NCBI GenBank assembly: GCA_963724765.1
Contig: CAVRVY010000001.1
Coordinates: forward strand, 160,001-224,000
Source: an uncultured delta proteobacterium
GTDB lineage: Bacteria; Desulfobacterota; Binatia; Binatales; Binataceae
Reading direction: 5' to 3'
DNA length: 64,000 nt
Below, piece after piece: positions 50,668-62,502 of the stretch. The position numbers and the translations under genes were made by a program. The stretch's first letter is position 1; each line of letters begins with the position of its first letter. The notes beneath the pieces were generated by a model, which ran no database searches, was not told where the DNA came from, and worked only from the letters and a program-made list of their open reading frames with translations.

Positions 50668-51531
50668 TCAGGTTGACGCCAATGCCTCCGAACCGCTTAT
50701 CAGGTCGAGAATTTCAGTGGTTACGGAATCCTGGCGGAGGCGTTGCATCAGTTTTGTGAGATCGGCGGACTTGTTCTGGATGTTCTGATGCGCGGCTTCC
50801 ATCGCGCGAAAGCGGGTCGAGTTCTCGCTGAAGAACGATTGCATGGCGGCGTTCTCGAGCGTTGCGAAAAAATACTCGCCGACTATCTCATCGAACAATC
50901 GCTGCGGCCGAAGGTTGATGATCGGCGGCAGCGGCGTGGAAGCCGGTTGCACGGCCGCCGGTACCTCGAGCGGCAGCAAGTGACGTCGCTGGATGCGCGG
51001 GAGCTGTGCCCCAGCATATTCTGCATAGACGACATCGACGCCCTCAATGCGGCGCTCGCTGAACATCCGATAGAGTTCTGACGCGACACGGCGTGCAGCA
51101 CCGGTAACTCCCGCGCAATGGGTCGCCATCGGCAGCACCAGGTCCGGACTTACTTCGCGGTCGCGACAGATCTGGGCGCCACGGGTTCCGACCACAATAA
51201 GCGCGAGCCCGCCGCCGCTTGCCGTTCTAGCGCGTTCGGCCTCCCGCAACGGATGCTCATTGAAGCCTCCGCACAGGCCGTGCTCCGCGCAAAACACAAC
51301 GAGTCCGGATTTATTTGGTCGCGCCGCAACTTCAATCGCGCGGGCAGGCGGCAGCAAAGTCGCGGCCTGGGACAAGGCCTCGCGAATCTGGCCGGAGTAG
51401 TCGCGAATCGCTTCGAGCGATCTGAGCGCCTGTTGCATCTGCGATGCGGCCATCGCCCTAATCGCCGCAACTATCTCTAGCAGCTCGTTGAGCGAGGTTA
51501 TTCGAGTAGCGGTTTCGCGTTCCTGGGCCAT
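50668..51531 (-). CDS. atpG: N-ATPase gamma subunit
   Basis: EHGLCGGFN, SENSTRFRAM, RQDSVTTEILD. Confidence 0.95.
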   Translation of the reverse strand: MAQERETATRITSLNELLEIVAAIRAMAASQMQQALRSLEAIRDYSGQIREALSQAATLLPPARAIEVAARPNKSGLVVFCAEHGLCGGFNEHPLREAERARTASGGGLALIVVGTRGAQICRDREVSPDLVLPMATHCAGVTGAARRVASELYRMFSERRIEGVDVVYAEYAGAQLPRIQRRHLLPLEVPAAVQPASTPLPPIINLRPQRLFDEIVGEYFFATLENAAMQSFFSENSTRFRAMEAAHQNIQNKSADLTKLMQRLRQDSVTTEILDLISGSEALAST

Positions 51532-51542
51532 CGACTTATCGC

Positions 51543-53093
51543 TTAGCGGCGCGCGGCGTCCGCGTGATTCAAGCGCTCCACCAACTCGCCGACGGCAGTG
51601 ACCAGTGCCGCGCGTGTTTGCGGCTCCAACTCTCCAGTAGCATTAATATGCTGCATCGGTCCCGCGGCGCGCTCGTTCAGCCAGGGTCCGAGTTTCGACT
51701 GAAGCACGCTCACTTTGTCGACCGGAAGCCGGTCGAGCAGCCGCTCGTCGATTGCCACCAGCAAGGCCACCTGATGCGCAACTGACAGCGGCGCGAATTG
51801 CGGCTGCGTGAGGACTGCGCGAATTCGCCGCCCATGCTCGATGATCTCGCGCGTGCGCTCATCCACCATCCCGCCAAAGCGTGTGAAGATTTCCAGTTCC
51901 AGAAATTGCGTGTATTCGAGGCGGAGACGTTCGGCTAGCTTCCGCATCGCATGCGACTGCGTCTTGCCTCCAACACGCGACACGCTCTTGCCAACATTTA
52001 CGGCCGGCTTCTGTCCTTCGTGAAACAACCGCGGTTCGAGAACGATCTGCCCGTCGGTGATCGAAATCAGGTTGGTTGGAATGTACGCGGACAGATTGCC
52101 TTCCTCCGTCGCGGCCAGCGGTAGTGCGGTCAGCGATCCGCCGCCGCGCTCGCGGTTGAGCTTAGCCGCGCGTTCGAGCAGCCGCGAATGGATATAGAAG
52201 ATGTCGCCCGGGTAGGCTTCGCGTCCCGGTGGATTTCGCAACAGCAGCGATAGCTGCCGATAGATCACCGCGTGCTTGCTCAGATCATCGATGATAAGGA
52301 GCGCATCACCGCCGCGTTCCGAGAAATACTCTGCCATCGTACAGGCGGCATACGGCGCCAGCCATTGGATTCCGGGCGGGTCGTCCGAGGGTGCGAATAC
52401 AAAGATGCATCGCTCCGGCGCGCCGTAGCGTTTGACCGCATCGATCACCTGGCTCACGGACGAGGTCTTCTGTCCGACAGCACAGTAGATACATACCACG
52501 CCGGTATCGCGTTGATTGATTATCGTGTCGATCGCGATCGCGGTTTTTCCGGTCTCACGATCGCCGATGATCAGTTCGCGCTGGCCACGGCCGAGCGCCA
52601 GCATCGCGTCGATTACGAGCAGACCCGTATTGAGCGAAGTATCAACGAAATCGCGATCGACAATCGCTGGCGCTGGCCGCTCAACCGGCTCGACTCCCGC
52701 CGCCTCGATCTCGGGACCCCCGTCCACCGGAACGCCGAGTGCGTTCACGGTTCGGCCCAGCAGCTTGTCACCCACCGGCACGCTCGCGACTGAACCCGTT
52801 CCGTGCACCAGATTGCCGGCTCTGATGCTGCTGTCATCGCCAAGCATCCCGCATCCTATTAGATCGGGGTCGAGCGTCAGAACAATTCCGACGACCGGCT
52901 CTCCGCCATCCGAGCGGTCGAAGAGCAACAGTTCACCGAGCCGCGTTTCTGGCAAGCCGCGCACGCTGGCGACATTGTCTCCAACTCGTTCGACGCGGCC
53001 GATCATGTCGAGCCGCGGCTCGGCCTTGAGCTCGCCAAGAAGTCGGCTTGCTCGGCCGAGGCGGTCCTTAACATTTTCAGCCAGCGTGCTCAT
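51543..53093 (-). CDS. atpA: N-ATPase alpha subunit
   Basis: GRGQRELIIGDRETGKT, PPGREAYPGD, SITDGQI. Confidence 0.97.
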   Translation of the reverse strand: MSTLAENVKDRLGRASRLLGELKAEPRLDMIGRVERVGDNVASVRGLPETRLGELLLFDRSDGGEPVVGIVLTLDPDLIGCGMLGDDSSIRAGNLVHGTGSVASVPVGDKLLGRTVNALGVPVDGGPEIEAAGVEPVERPAPAIVDRDFVDTSLNTGLLVIDAMLALGRGQRELIIGDRETGKTAIAIDTIINQRDTGVVCIYCAVGQKTSSVSQVIDAVKRYGAPERCIFVFAPSDDPPGIQWLAPYAACTMAEYFSERGGDALLIIDDLSKHAVIYRQLSLLLRNPPGREAYPGDIFYIHSRLLERAAKLNRERGGGSLTALPLAATEEGNLSAYIPTNLISITDGQIVLEPRLFHEGQKPAVNVGKSVSRVGGKTQSHAMRKLAERLRLEYTQFLELEIFTRFGGMVDERTREIIEHGRRIRAVLTQPQFAPLSVAHQVALLVAIDERLLDRLPVDKVSVLQSKLGPWLNERAAGPMQHINATGELEPQTRAALVTAVGELVERLNHADAARR

Positions 53094-53829
53094 TGCGATT
53101 GATCTCCTTGGCGGCGATGGCCAGCGCGTCGCGCCAGTTGAAGCGGAGAACTGCGCTCGGCAAAGTGATTTCGGCGCCTGCAATAAGCGCCGGATCGATG
53201 TTGAACTTTATTCCCGCCGCGGCCCCGATCCGCTGCGCGAGCTGTTCGCGCCATTGCGTCTCTTCTCGCGCGTCGAGTGGGTGAGCGGTCGTGACCACCA
53301 GCGGTGTTTCGCCCACATGTGAAACGAGCGCGCCCCGTTCCGATGGCGAGAGATGGTCCAGGTAGTCCAGGACGCGGGTCAGGAAGACGTGCTCGATGGC
53401 GGGAAAGGCCAGTTCGCGAAGCAGCAGTTGCGCGAGGTTCACGGCCAGTTCGATTGTCTGGGAAAACAATTCCTGGGTGGCGGCGGCGCGTTCTTCGCTG
53501 AGCTGAGTGACCGCCTGATGGCGATTTTTCTCGACTTCCGCGCGGGCTTCATCGAGCATCTTTATCCGTTCTGCGGTAAGTTGTGCGCGCTGCTCGTCGA
53601 TCGCCTTTTGCCGCTCGGCCTCAATTCCCGCTCGCTGCGCCTGAAGGTCCCGCTGCAGATCCGAAGCCTTTTGCTTTTCAGCTGATACCTCTGTCATGCC
53701 TCGCGCAATTTCCTCCTTGCGCTTGGCGACCATCGAACTGACCGGCTTGAACAGAAAGCGCCGGAGCAGCCAGATCAAGATGAGAAAATTGACCGCCTGC
53801 AGCGCGAAGGTCCACCAACTGAAATTCAT
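53077..53829 (-). CDS. atpF: N-ATPase b subunit with delta-like C-terminal extension
   Basis: [25 protein letters not shown], coiled coil, [10 protein letters not shown]. Confidence 0.93.
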   Translation of the reverse strand: MNFSWWTFALQAVNFLILIWLLRRFLFKPVSSMVAKRKEEIARGMTEVSAEKQKASDLQRDLQAQRAGIEAERQKAIDEQRAQLTAERIKMLDEARAEVEKNRHQAVTQLSEERAAATQELFSQTIELAVNLAQLLLRELAFPAIEHVFLTRVLDYLDHLSPSERGALVSHVGETPLVVTTAHPLDAREETQWREQLAQRIGAAAGIKFNIDPALIAGAEITLPSAVLRFNWRDALAIAAKEINRNEHAG

Positions 53830-54068
53830 CGCGCGAAAGGATTTGCAAAAAGCAGCAGCAAGGCGACTACCAGACAGTAGATCGCCATCGTCTCGATCAT
53901 CGCCAGGCCAACGAACAGGGTGCGCGACAGCGAGCCCGCAGCCTCGGGTTGCCGCGCGATACCTTCCATCGCCGCCGTGATCGCGCGACCTTCGGCGAGC
54001 GCCGGCGAGATCGAGCCGACAGCGACCGCTACTACCGCGCCAATTATGCTAAGCATTTGAACCGTCAT
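53826..54068 (-). CDS. atpE: N-ATPase c subunit
   Basis: [22 protein letters not shown]. Confidence 0.97.
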   Translation of the reverse strand: MTVQMLSIIGAVVAVAVGSISPALAEGRAITAAMEGIARQPEAAGSLSRTLFVGLAMIETMAIYCLVVALLLLFANPFAR

Positions 54069-54084
54069 CTACTTTCGTCCTCCC

Positions 54085-54753
54085 TCATTTCTCGATTACG
54101 CCGATACCGCCGCCGATATAGACCGTGGCCAAGACGCTGAATATGTAGGCCTGTACCAGGCCAACCAGAATTCCGAACGCCATGAACGGAATCGGCACCA
54201 GCAAACCTGCCAGCGTCAGAATGATCGCAATCACCAGCTCCTCGCTCATGATATTTCCAAACAGACGCATTGCCAGCGAAAACGATCGCGTCAGTTCGGA
54301 CAAAATATTGAACGGCAACATAACCGGATTCGGCCTGAGGTAGCTTTTCAAGTACGTATGAACGCCTTGAACACGTACTCCATAGAAATGTACCGACAGG
54401 AATACTATCGCGGCGAGTGCGGCCGCCGTTTCGATCGACGCGGTCGGTGCTCTGACCCCGGGCACGAGTCCGCTAAGGTTCGCTACTACCAGAAAGATAA
54501 ACAGTGTTCCGAGCAGCGGCAGGAATGGGGCTGCATCACGGTTCAAAAGGGCAGCGATTTGCTCTTCGATTCCATCCACAACAGTTTCGATCATCGCTTG
54601 CCAGCCCCCGGCGTCGACACGAAACCTCCGCGTCACAATCCAGCTCGCGGCGGTCAGCGTCGCCATCAACCCCCATGTGGTTACGACCGTGCCGCTGATA
54701 GGAACGATGCCTACGTGAAAGAGGACTATTGTCTCGAGCGGCGAATGGCTCAT
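54085..54753 (-). CDS. atpB: N-ATPase a subunit
   Basis: FLVVANL, APTAS, SLAMRLFGNI, VQAYIF. Confidence 0.96.
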   Translation of the reverse strand: MSHSPLETIVLFHVGIVPISGTVVTTWGLMATLTAASWIVTRRFRVDAGGWQAMIETVVDGIEEQIAALLNRDAAPFLPLLGTLFIFLVVANLSGLVPGVRAPTASIETAAALAAIVFLSVHFYGVRVQGVHTYLKSYLRPNPVMLPFNILSELTRSFSLAMRLFGNIMSEELVIAIILTLAGLLVPIPFMAFGILVGLVQAYIFSVLATVYIGGGIGVIEK

Positions 54754-55037
54754 GGATTCCTTTCGAGCGTGAGCCGGTAGTGATTGATTGATATCGTCCG
54801 TATCGCGAGGAACCCTGCGAAGCTTGCGAGCAAGGGCGCGCCGCCTTGCCGGGCGCAGAGCGTGAAGGCCGCGACGGCGACGGCAAGGCGCGAGACGTGG
54901 AGCAGCAACGAGTTCCATCCGGATTCGTGACCTGCGTAAAGCCGGACGTTCCATCCAAGCGCAGCGAAATAAGCGGCGCCGATCAATGCGCCGAGTACGG
55001 CATAGGGCGCTGAACGCCAAATGATCGCTTGTATCAT
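54750..55037 (-). CDS. atpR: N-ATPase AtpR membrane subunit
   Basis: GAAYFAALGWNVR, SRL, GFLAIR; positioned between atpQ and atpB with ATGA overlaps. Confidence 0.88.
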   Translation of the reverse strand: MIQAIIWRSAPYAVLGALIGAAYFAALGWNVRLYAGHESGWNSLLLHVSRLAVAVAAFTLCARQGGAPLLASFAGFLAIRTISINHYRLTLERNP

Positions 55038-55342
55038 TCGCTGGTCATCCTCTTCCAAACCGCCCAGTAGCCTAATGCGGCGCCAAGAAGGACCAGCGCC
55101 GCGCTCCAGAACACGCCGCTATCGAAGGTGCGATCGAGCCAGCGTCCAACGAACGCTCCTATGAGAATCGGCGCGACGATTGTCCATCCGAACCGCCCCA
55201 TCATCGCAAGCGCACGGCCCATCGGCCATTCTCCGGTCTTCAGCCAGTGCTCGCGCCGACCGTGCGCCCGCTTTACTGCTTCTTCCATTTCGCGATCGTC
55301 GGCCCTCAACTTGTGATCGCCATGCCCTTGTTCGGTTGCCAC
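55034..55342 (-). CDS. atpQ: N-ATPase AtpQ (AtpI/AtpZ-like)
   Basis: GRFGWTIVAPILIGAFVGRWLD. Confidence 0.9.
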   Translation of the reverse strand: MATEQGHGDHKLRADDREMEEAVKRAHGRREHWLKTGEWPMGRALAMMGRFGWTIVAPILIGAFVGRWLDRTFDSGVFWSAALVLLGAALGYWAVWKRMTSE

Positions 55343-55358
55343 GATCAGCCTGCGCGGT

Positions 55359-55784
55359 TTACTTCAGCGGCTCAGCCCTGAGCGGTCGATCAGTCGGCCG
55401 CAGGTAGCGATAGATTTGCCGAATTGCGGCTTGCTCGAGGCTGAGTGCTCCTGAGCGGGCCGAGCGTTCGGTCTCGACATTCTGCGTCATCGTGGCGAGG
55501 ATTTCGCTGCGCAAATGTCCTAGATCATCGTTTACGACCGCTTCACGGGTGGCTATCTCCACGACCTTGCCATCGCGAACGCGCAGCACGCCGCCGCGCA
55601 CGGCGATGTAGTGCTCGACGCCACCGCCATTGCGCCATCTGACGACGCAGATCGAAAGCGTGGTGAGAAAATCTGCATGCCCCGGTTCGATACCAAAAGC
55701 GCCGCTCGGATCCTCGGCGCGAACGTGGCGAACCAAATCTTCGTTGACCGCTATCGCGGTGGGGGTGGTAACGATCAGTCTCAC
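55359..55784 (-). CDS. atpC: N-ATPase epsilon subunit
   Basis: LIVTTP, AEDPSGAFGIEPGHADF, AVRGGVL; GTG start. Confidence 0.93.
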   Translation of the reverse strand: MRLIVTTPTAIAVNEDLVRHVRAEDPSGAFGIEPGHADFLTTLSICVVRWRNGGGVEHYIAVRGGVLRVRDGKVVEIATREAVVNDDLGHLRSEILATMTQNVETERSARSGALSLEQAAIRQIYRYLRPTDRPLRAEPLK

Positions 55785-55788
55785 CGGT

Positions 55789-57288
<1,500 letters not shown>

Positions 57289-57370
57289 CTACCGAACTGC
57301 CGACCTGAGGCTCTTCGAGATGTCTTACTTTCGGCAGATTCGATCGCCCAGTTAACAAGGCCGCCAGCCT

Positions 57371-57790
57371 TCAATCATCCTCTATTCGCCGCGAAGTTTC
57401 CGACAATTCGGCGAACCGGCTGAGGCGAGGTAACGGCGCGCTATCTGTAACCGCTCGCTCGACGATGGCCAGGTTCTTGCGCGCGGGTTCATAATCCGGA
57501 TCGATGCGAGTCAGCTTCACCCAAGACGGCGCGAGCATCCTGGTAGTTACCCATCTTCGCATCGATCACCGCCAGAGTATTCTGCGCACCTGGTTGATCA
57601 GGTTCCAGCTTCAGCGGCGCCAGAATTTCTTTGCGTGCCTCCGCCATGAGTCCTGCGCACTCGTACGTGAGACTCAGATTGAAGTGCGTTTCGCTATGCG
57701 CAGGACCTAGCTTTGTGGCGATTGTTAGAGCGTTGATTGCGGCAGGAAACTCATGACGCTCCATGTGAAGAAGGCCAAAATTGTACTGCC
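57371..57790 (-). pseudogene. TPR protein remnant (5'-truncated, frameshifted), paralog of 31705
   Basis: YNFGLL...ETHFNLSLTY...NTLAVIDA, then after a frameshift WVKLTRIDPDYEPARKNLAI. Confidence 0.75.
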
Positions 57791-58379
57791 GTCGGGACAG
57801 CAGCGGAACAGGGCTACTACTCGCCACCTCTAGCCCGAACTTCACACAATCGCGGCGTCGATTTTCGAAATCACTCGCGACGATGAAACTGCGCGACATC
57901 CTTGGCGACTTCCCCAAGGTCACGGTTGCCCACGCCCCACTCGCAGCATGCGCGAGGCTGTCGTGTCCTGTCAGTATGATATCAATTGATTCAGTGGCGG
58001 CGTGGGCCTGCTCAAACTGCCTAAAAACCCGAGAACATCCGCGCTACCTGTCTCAACATCAGCCGGCCGATGCGCCACCAGAACCGCAGTCGCCATCTTC
58101 CACCGAGCCCCTTTCGGCGCGACAGAGGACCACTGGCATCGCAGACTCTATCGCCTTGCCAAGCATGCGGAAAGCACCAACTCTTCAGAGCCAGCTGAGT
58201 ATCGGCGGGACGTAATTGCTTAGAAGCAGCGGTGCTGTAGTCCACATCCTTATGCAGGGCTATCGTCCCGTCGCTCAGGTCGTTGCCGCTCATCTCGTCG
58301 CTCAACTCCTGGGCATTTTTTACCGCCGTCATGCTCTTCATCATGGCCCTCGTGATGAGCCCCCATGCTTGCCGAGGGT

Positions 58380-58790
58380 CTATCGCCCCATCCGGACTGG
58401 AAATGCGGGCCGTCGCGCCGGGATGAACCAGAGGGTCAAGAGCACGAGCATGCCGAACGTGAGATAGACTGCCGTGAACACCCAAGGCGGGGCATTATAG
58501 AAGATCAACCAGTCGAGCCAGTAGCCGATGAAATCGCGCGCGTAGCCGGTGTCACCGGCCCTTAGCCGAAGCGCGTTCTCCAAGCTCGTGAGCGGGCAAC
58601 TGGTTCCAACAAGTGACTCTGCGCATACCAGAAGAATCATCGCCAGGTGCGCGGCACGGAAATAGAAGTTCCGCACCCATCGCCACTGCGCTGCTGAGCC
58701 GATGAGGATCGCCGCGAATCCGACTACGACAATCGCGACATAAGCCGCGTGTACCGCCACAACGATATCGGCCATCATCCGCCAAAGCAT
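58380..58790 (-). CDS. DUF2784 family membrane protein
   Basis: ADIVVAVHAAY, FRAAHL, CPLTSLENALR, FIGYWL. Confidence 0.92.
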   Translation of the reverse strand: MLWRMMADIVVAVHAAYVAIVVVGFAAILIGSAAQWRWVRNFYFRAAHLAMILLVCAESLVGTSCPLTSLENALRLRAGDTGYARDFIGYWLDWLIFYNAPPWVFTAVYLTFGMLVLLTLWFIPARRPAFPVRMGR

Positions 58791-58980
58791 GGAATTCTCA
58801 TGATTACTCGCATAGCTCGCATAGGCGAAATCCTACCGCGTCACTTCGATTTTCTCTCCGTGGGCGAGGAATTCGGTGCCGATGCCTGGGCGAACGATGC
58901 CTTGGGCGAGCACATTGCACGGTAGAAATTTGCGGACATCGCGAGTCCTGCGACCGAGTGCCATTTGGGGCAGCTGCGCG

Positions 58981-60360
58981 CTAGTGATGGCCGTGCTGCT
59001 GCGGGGCATGCTGAGCCGGGGCGCCGTGCTGAGGCGGGGGCGCTGCCAGACGCGATAGCGCCCGCACCTGGGCGGTATGACGGTTTTCAAGTGCCTGCTC
59101 ACGGGCAGCCTGCGTACGCTCGAGCGCCTGCTCCTGCTGCATATGCTGGCGCGCGCCGGCCTGCTCCTGTTGCAGATGCTGGCGCTCGAGCGCCTGCACT
59201 TGCTTATCATGCTGGCGCTCTAAGGCTTGCACCTGCTGTTCGTGCTGGCGCGCAACTTGTTGCCATTGCTGCTCGTTGGGGGCACCCTTTGACGCCTGCA
59301 GCACGCTCAGCAACAACCGTCTCAGTTCCAGGGCTCTCAGTTGCTTGATATGCTGCTGCTCCAGCGCCTGCAATTGCGCCCCGTGCTTGCGCTCTTCTAT
59401 CTGCTCCTGTTCGGCATGCTGTCGCTCGAATTTCTCTACCTGGTCGGCATGATGAGCCTCCAGCGTTTGCAGCTGCACGCTATGCTGACGCTCGACCGAT
59501 TGCTGCAGCGTCTGCCTCCATTCCGGATGACGCTGGACTGCAACCTGCGGCTGCTTGACTGCCCACCAATTCACGTCGCGCCAGACATGCTGCTGGTCAT
59601 AGTCGCCCTGCCATTCGGGATGATGCTGGCTCGCCCAGGTGGGGTTATGCTCGTGCCACCACGAGTCGTTGTGCCAGACATGATGGTCGTCGAAGTCGCC
59701 CCACCACTCAGGATGGTTTTCCTGCACCCATTGCGGCTGATGCGCCCACCACCAATCGGCGGGATACCATACGCCTTGATAGTAATCGCCCCACCATTCG
59801 GGGTGATTCTCGCTTACCCAGACGGGGTAGTTCTGATACCACCATCCGGCGGGATACCAGATGCCCCGGTATTCGTTGCCCCACCAGTCAGGATGATTTG
59901 CCAGGAACCACTGGCGCCGATGCCGCCACCACCAGGCGGCGGGATACCAGACGCCGTTGTCGATGAAACCCCACCATTCGGGATGGTTCACCTGCACCCA
60001 CTGGGGTTGGTACTGCCACCACCATCCGGCGGGGTACCACAAGCCTTGATGGTAATCGCCCCACCATTCGGGATGATGCAGCCGGGTCCAAGCCGGTTGG
60101 TTCTGCCACCACCATCCGGCGGGACGCCAGACGTGATCGCTGTCGTAGTCGTCCCACCATTCGGGATGATTCGCGCGGACCCAGTCAGGCTGATTCTCCC
60201 ACCACCACGACGCGTCGTGCCAGACGTGCCCATGGTCGTAGTCGCCCCACACGGGTGCGGGAGGGAGTGGAGAGGGCCAGGACTTGAACTGCGCCAGCGT
60301 GGGTGCCGTCAGCATCAGCATCATGATTGCCGTCGCCGCCAGACTCTTGATTCCGCTCAT
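58981..60360 (-). CDS. Secreted Trp-rich tandem-repeat protein with His/Gln 11-mer coiled-coil tail
   Basis: GGAGG upstream; signal peptide ending TLA; 8 repeats of 30-31 aa (59518-60249); about 12 units of 11 aa, mostly ending in His. Confidence 0.9.
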   Translation of the reverse strand: MSGIKSLAATAIMMLMLTAPTLAQFKSWPSPLPPAPVWGDYDHGHVWHDASWWWENQPDWVRANHPEWWDDYDSDHVWRPAGWWWQNQPAWTRLHHPEWWGDYHQGLWYPAGWWWQYQPQWVQVNHPEWWGFIDNGVWYPAAWWWRHRRQWFLANHPDWWGNEYRGIWYPAGWWYQNYPVWVSENHPEWWGDYYQGVWYPADWWWAHQPQWVQENHPEWWGDFDDHHVWHNDSWWHEHNPTWASQHHPEWQGDYDQQHVWRDVNWWAVKQPQVAVQRHPEWRQTLQQSVERQHSVQLQTLEAHHADQVEKFERQHAEQEQIEERKHGAQLQALEQQHIKQLRALELRRLLLSVLQASKGAPNEQQWQQVARQHEQQVQALERQHDKQVQALERQHLQQEQAGARQHMQQEQALERTQAAREQALENRHTAQVRALSRLAAPPPQHGAPAQHAPQQHGHH

Positions 60361-60450
60361 TCGCCCTTCGTCCTCCAGCCCATCAACTAACGCGTGAGCC
60401 GCTCGATGCTCTGCCCTTTCCACCAGTTTCCACTTAAACGAGTGTCCGGG

Positions 60451-60790
60451 CTACTGAATGTTCAGAGCGGTCCTATGCGAGCGCCATTCGAGCGGCAGCT
60501 CGATGCGCCGGGTGACTGCTTCTGCAGTAAGACTGGTCGGCTGCCGGCCCTCCACAATGGACTCAACGATATCCGGCGCCAGGAATGCCAAGCGGATCAG
60601 GCGACCTACATAGCGAACGGTGAGCCCGTCGCGCGCAGCGATCTGAGCGAGAGAGGTCGCTTTCCCGGTGCTGATCGCATCGAACCAGCGATGTGCCCGG
60701 GCGACGGCTTTCAACAGCGGCAGATCGACCGTCGCCTGAACGATTGTGATCCCCTACGATTAGCCGGAACTCAACTCTCCCTCTCCCCCC
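60451..60790 (-). pseudogene. Large serine recombinase C-terminal remnant
   Basis: KAVARAHRWFD...IRLAFLAPDIVESIVEGRQP...LPLEW, paralogous to the end of 21282-23018. Confidence 0.88.
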
Positions 60791-60852
60791 AGTCGGTCCT
60801 TCAATTTCCGGCAGTCTCTGGAGAATGAGCGAAATTCCCGGGTATCGCGGGA
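60771..60852 (+). other. Degenerate tRNA-Ser 3' end plus conserved downstream box (third copy)
   Basis: CTCCCTCTCCCCCCA-GTCGGTCCT...TCTCTGGAGAATGAGCGAAATTCCCGGGTATCGCGGGA aligns by eye with the 27051-27127 and 18533-18610 copies. Confidence 0.6.
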
Positions 60853-60936
60853 CTTCACACCTATTAGAGGATGCCGGAAAATTAGTCATTACGGCGTTGT
60901 GGAATCGCCGATCCTTGACATCCCCCGCTGAATCGC

Positions 60937-61665
60937 ATGCCCACTGCCATTTCGCATCTGACCGATTTCTGCTCCGGCAGGCTGAAGCAGCGGACTCTGC
61001 TGTGGATTTTCATCCCGCTTATTCTGGCGTCATATTTCGGCAGTTTGACGCTCGCAATCTGGATGTTTCCTGGTCCATTCGACTGGCGCACCAGGTCGAT
61101 GTCGAAGCTTCTCTATCCGAGGAACAATCCGCAGTTTCACGCGATAGGCTCCGTTGGAGTGGCCGTGGCGGGCCTGTTGACGATCCCCTTTGCCGGTTAC
61201 ATCGGAAGGCGGCTCCGGGTCATTTCTCCCGTACCGGCAGAGATTGGCGCTCTTGCATTTGGCGCGGGAGCTATCAGTTTGATTCTCGGGGCGCTGATAG
61301 TGTTGCAGCCTTTCCTCCACGAAATGTTCGCGCGGGGCGCAGGCATTTTTCTGGGCCTGGGGATGCTGGCGTTCTACTTGTGCGCCCTTATAGGACTCTC
61401 GGTCCCTTCAAACGAAGGGCACGCCCGGCTTCCGATTTTTCTCGCATGGAGTCTGACCGTGCCACCGGCGCTTCTAGTCGTTGTGCTGCGATTGCTGACT
61501 GCCGCTCATTTTAAATGGTCGAATCCGGTCTATCAGGCGATAGAAAATCGATCGTTGTGGCACCTGGGATTTTGGGAATGGATCGGCTCGATAGCGGTGT
61601 TTCTATTCCTGCTCGGCGCCGCCGTGTTTCTGCCGGAAAATGGGCGTGACGAGACCCGAGCTTGA
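60937..61665 (+). CDS. Multi-pass membrane protein (DUF998-like)
   Basis: About 6 TM segments; FDWRTRSMSKL, NNP, WEW motifs. Confidence 0.7.
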   Translation: MPTAISHLTDFCSGRLKQRTLLWIFIPLILASYFGSLTLAIWMFPGPFDWRTRSMSKLLYPRNNPQFHAIGSVGVAVAGLLTIPFAGYIGRRLRVISPVPAEIGALAFGAGAISLILGALIVLQPFLHEMFARGAGIFLGLGMLAFYLCALIGLSVPSNEGHARLPIFLAWSLTVPPALLVVVLRLLTAAHFKWSNPVYQAIENRSLWHLGFWEWIGSIAVFLFLLGAAVFLPENGRDETRA

Positions 61666-61725
61666 CGCTTGCTTGACTTGGTGACCAACATGAGGCGGTC
61701 GTAACAGTCGGCGGGAGTTCGATCG

Positions 61726-62364
61726 GTGCCGGGGTTCTGTCGAGTGCTGCTTGCGACGGCATTTGCGATCGTTGCCGCAAGCCGCGGCGTTTTCGCCTTC
61801 GACCTCGACCAAGTCCTGACCAAGGACACAAAGGTTGTATCGGTCGAGGGAGCGCTTGCGCACTTCGGCTCGCGCCTGAATAACGGTCTGGGCTACGTCC
61901 AGGCATGGAATCTGGGCGCACGTTTCTCCCTGCTCCCATTCGGCGTCACGCGCTCGCAGCTCCTAGGCGGTATGGCCGATGGAGCGGTCGAGATCGGCCT
62001 CGAGCCGACCTTCCAGCGCTTCAACACGGTGCATCAGAACTTCGCCGGCCTTGGATTGGACGTCAGATACTACCTCGTGCACTTCCGTCGTGGGCGATTC
62101 GTGCCCTGGATAAATGCCTCGATCGCGCCCGGCGGCACCGATCTACGGATGGGCAGCAGCGTTAGCGAGACGCGCCTGAGCGGACCATTCATGAACCTGA
62201 TACAGGCAGGAGTCGGCGTCTCGTATTTCGTCACAGAGCGCAGCGCCGTCTACACCGGTCTGAATGCGCAGCACATCTCGAACGCCGGCCTCAACGGAAG
62301 CCAGGACAATTTCGCCCTTAATACTCCGGTCGGCGTTGTGTTGGGGATGTCGTGGTTTTTCTAG
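61726..62364 (+). CDS. PagL-like lipid A 3-O-deacylase / acyloxyacyl hydrolase beta-barrel
   Basis: GGGAG RBS, signal peptide, alternating beta strands, catalytic QHISNAG, terminal SWFF. Confidence 0.85.
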   Translation: MPGFCRVLLATAFAIVAASRGVFAFDLDQVLTKDTKVVSVEGALAHFGSRLNNGLGYVQAWNLGARFSLLPFGVTRSQLLGGMADGAVEIGLEPTFQRFNTVHQNFAGLGLDVRYYLVHFRRGRFVPWINASIAPGGTDLRMGSSVSETRLSGPFMNLIQAGVGVSYFVTERSAVYTGLNAQHISNAGLNGSQDNFALNTPVGVVLGMSWFF

Positions 62365-62399
62365 AGCGGGCAGCAACAACCAAACGTGCTTGGTCCCCA

Positions 62400-62492
62400 C
62401 GTTAGCGTGGTAAGTCCGGTCTAAAACGCACGCCTGGGAGCGTGTAAACTTGGAAGCGTTGCGGGGGGGGGCAAATGCCCGCCACTCCGCCA
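62400..62492 (+). pseudogene. Decayed tRNA-Ser(GGA)-like sequence
   Basis: GCACGCCTGGGAGCGTGT resembles the Ser-GGA anticodon arm GCACGCCTGGAAAGCGTGT; 3' end CTCCGCCA; T-loop and acceptor 5' strand are destroyed. Confidence 0.6.
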
Positions 62493-62502
62493 GATGAGCA
62501 AC

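Noticed and set aside
58021-58485. Minus-strand ORF (MMKSMTAVKNAQEL...) between DUF2784 and the TPR remnant
   Set aside because: It overlaps DUF2784 at its start and degenerates; no family was recognised.
59518-60249. Regularly spaced DNA repeats (CCACCATTCGGGATG) resembling a CRISPR array
   Set aside because: The 90-93 nt period is in frame, variation is codon-like, the intervening sequence is also homologous, and there are no cas genes.
59341-60390. 349-aa + strand ORF with repeats (…PPFGM…)
   Set aside because: Antisense shadow of the Trp-repeat gene, since TGG codons read as CCA. The minus frame has the RBS, signal peptide and coherent motifs.
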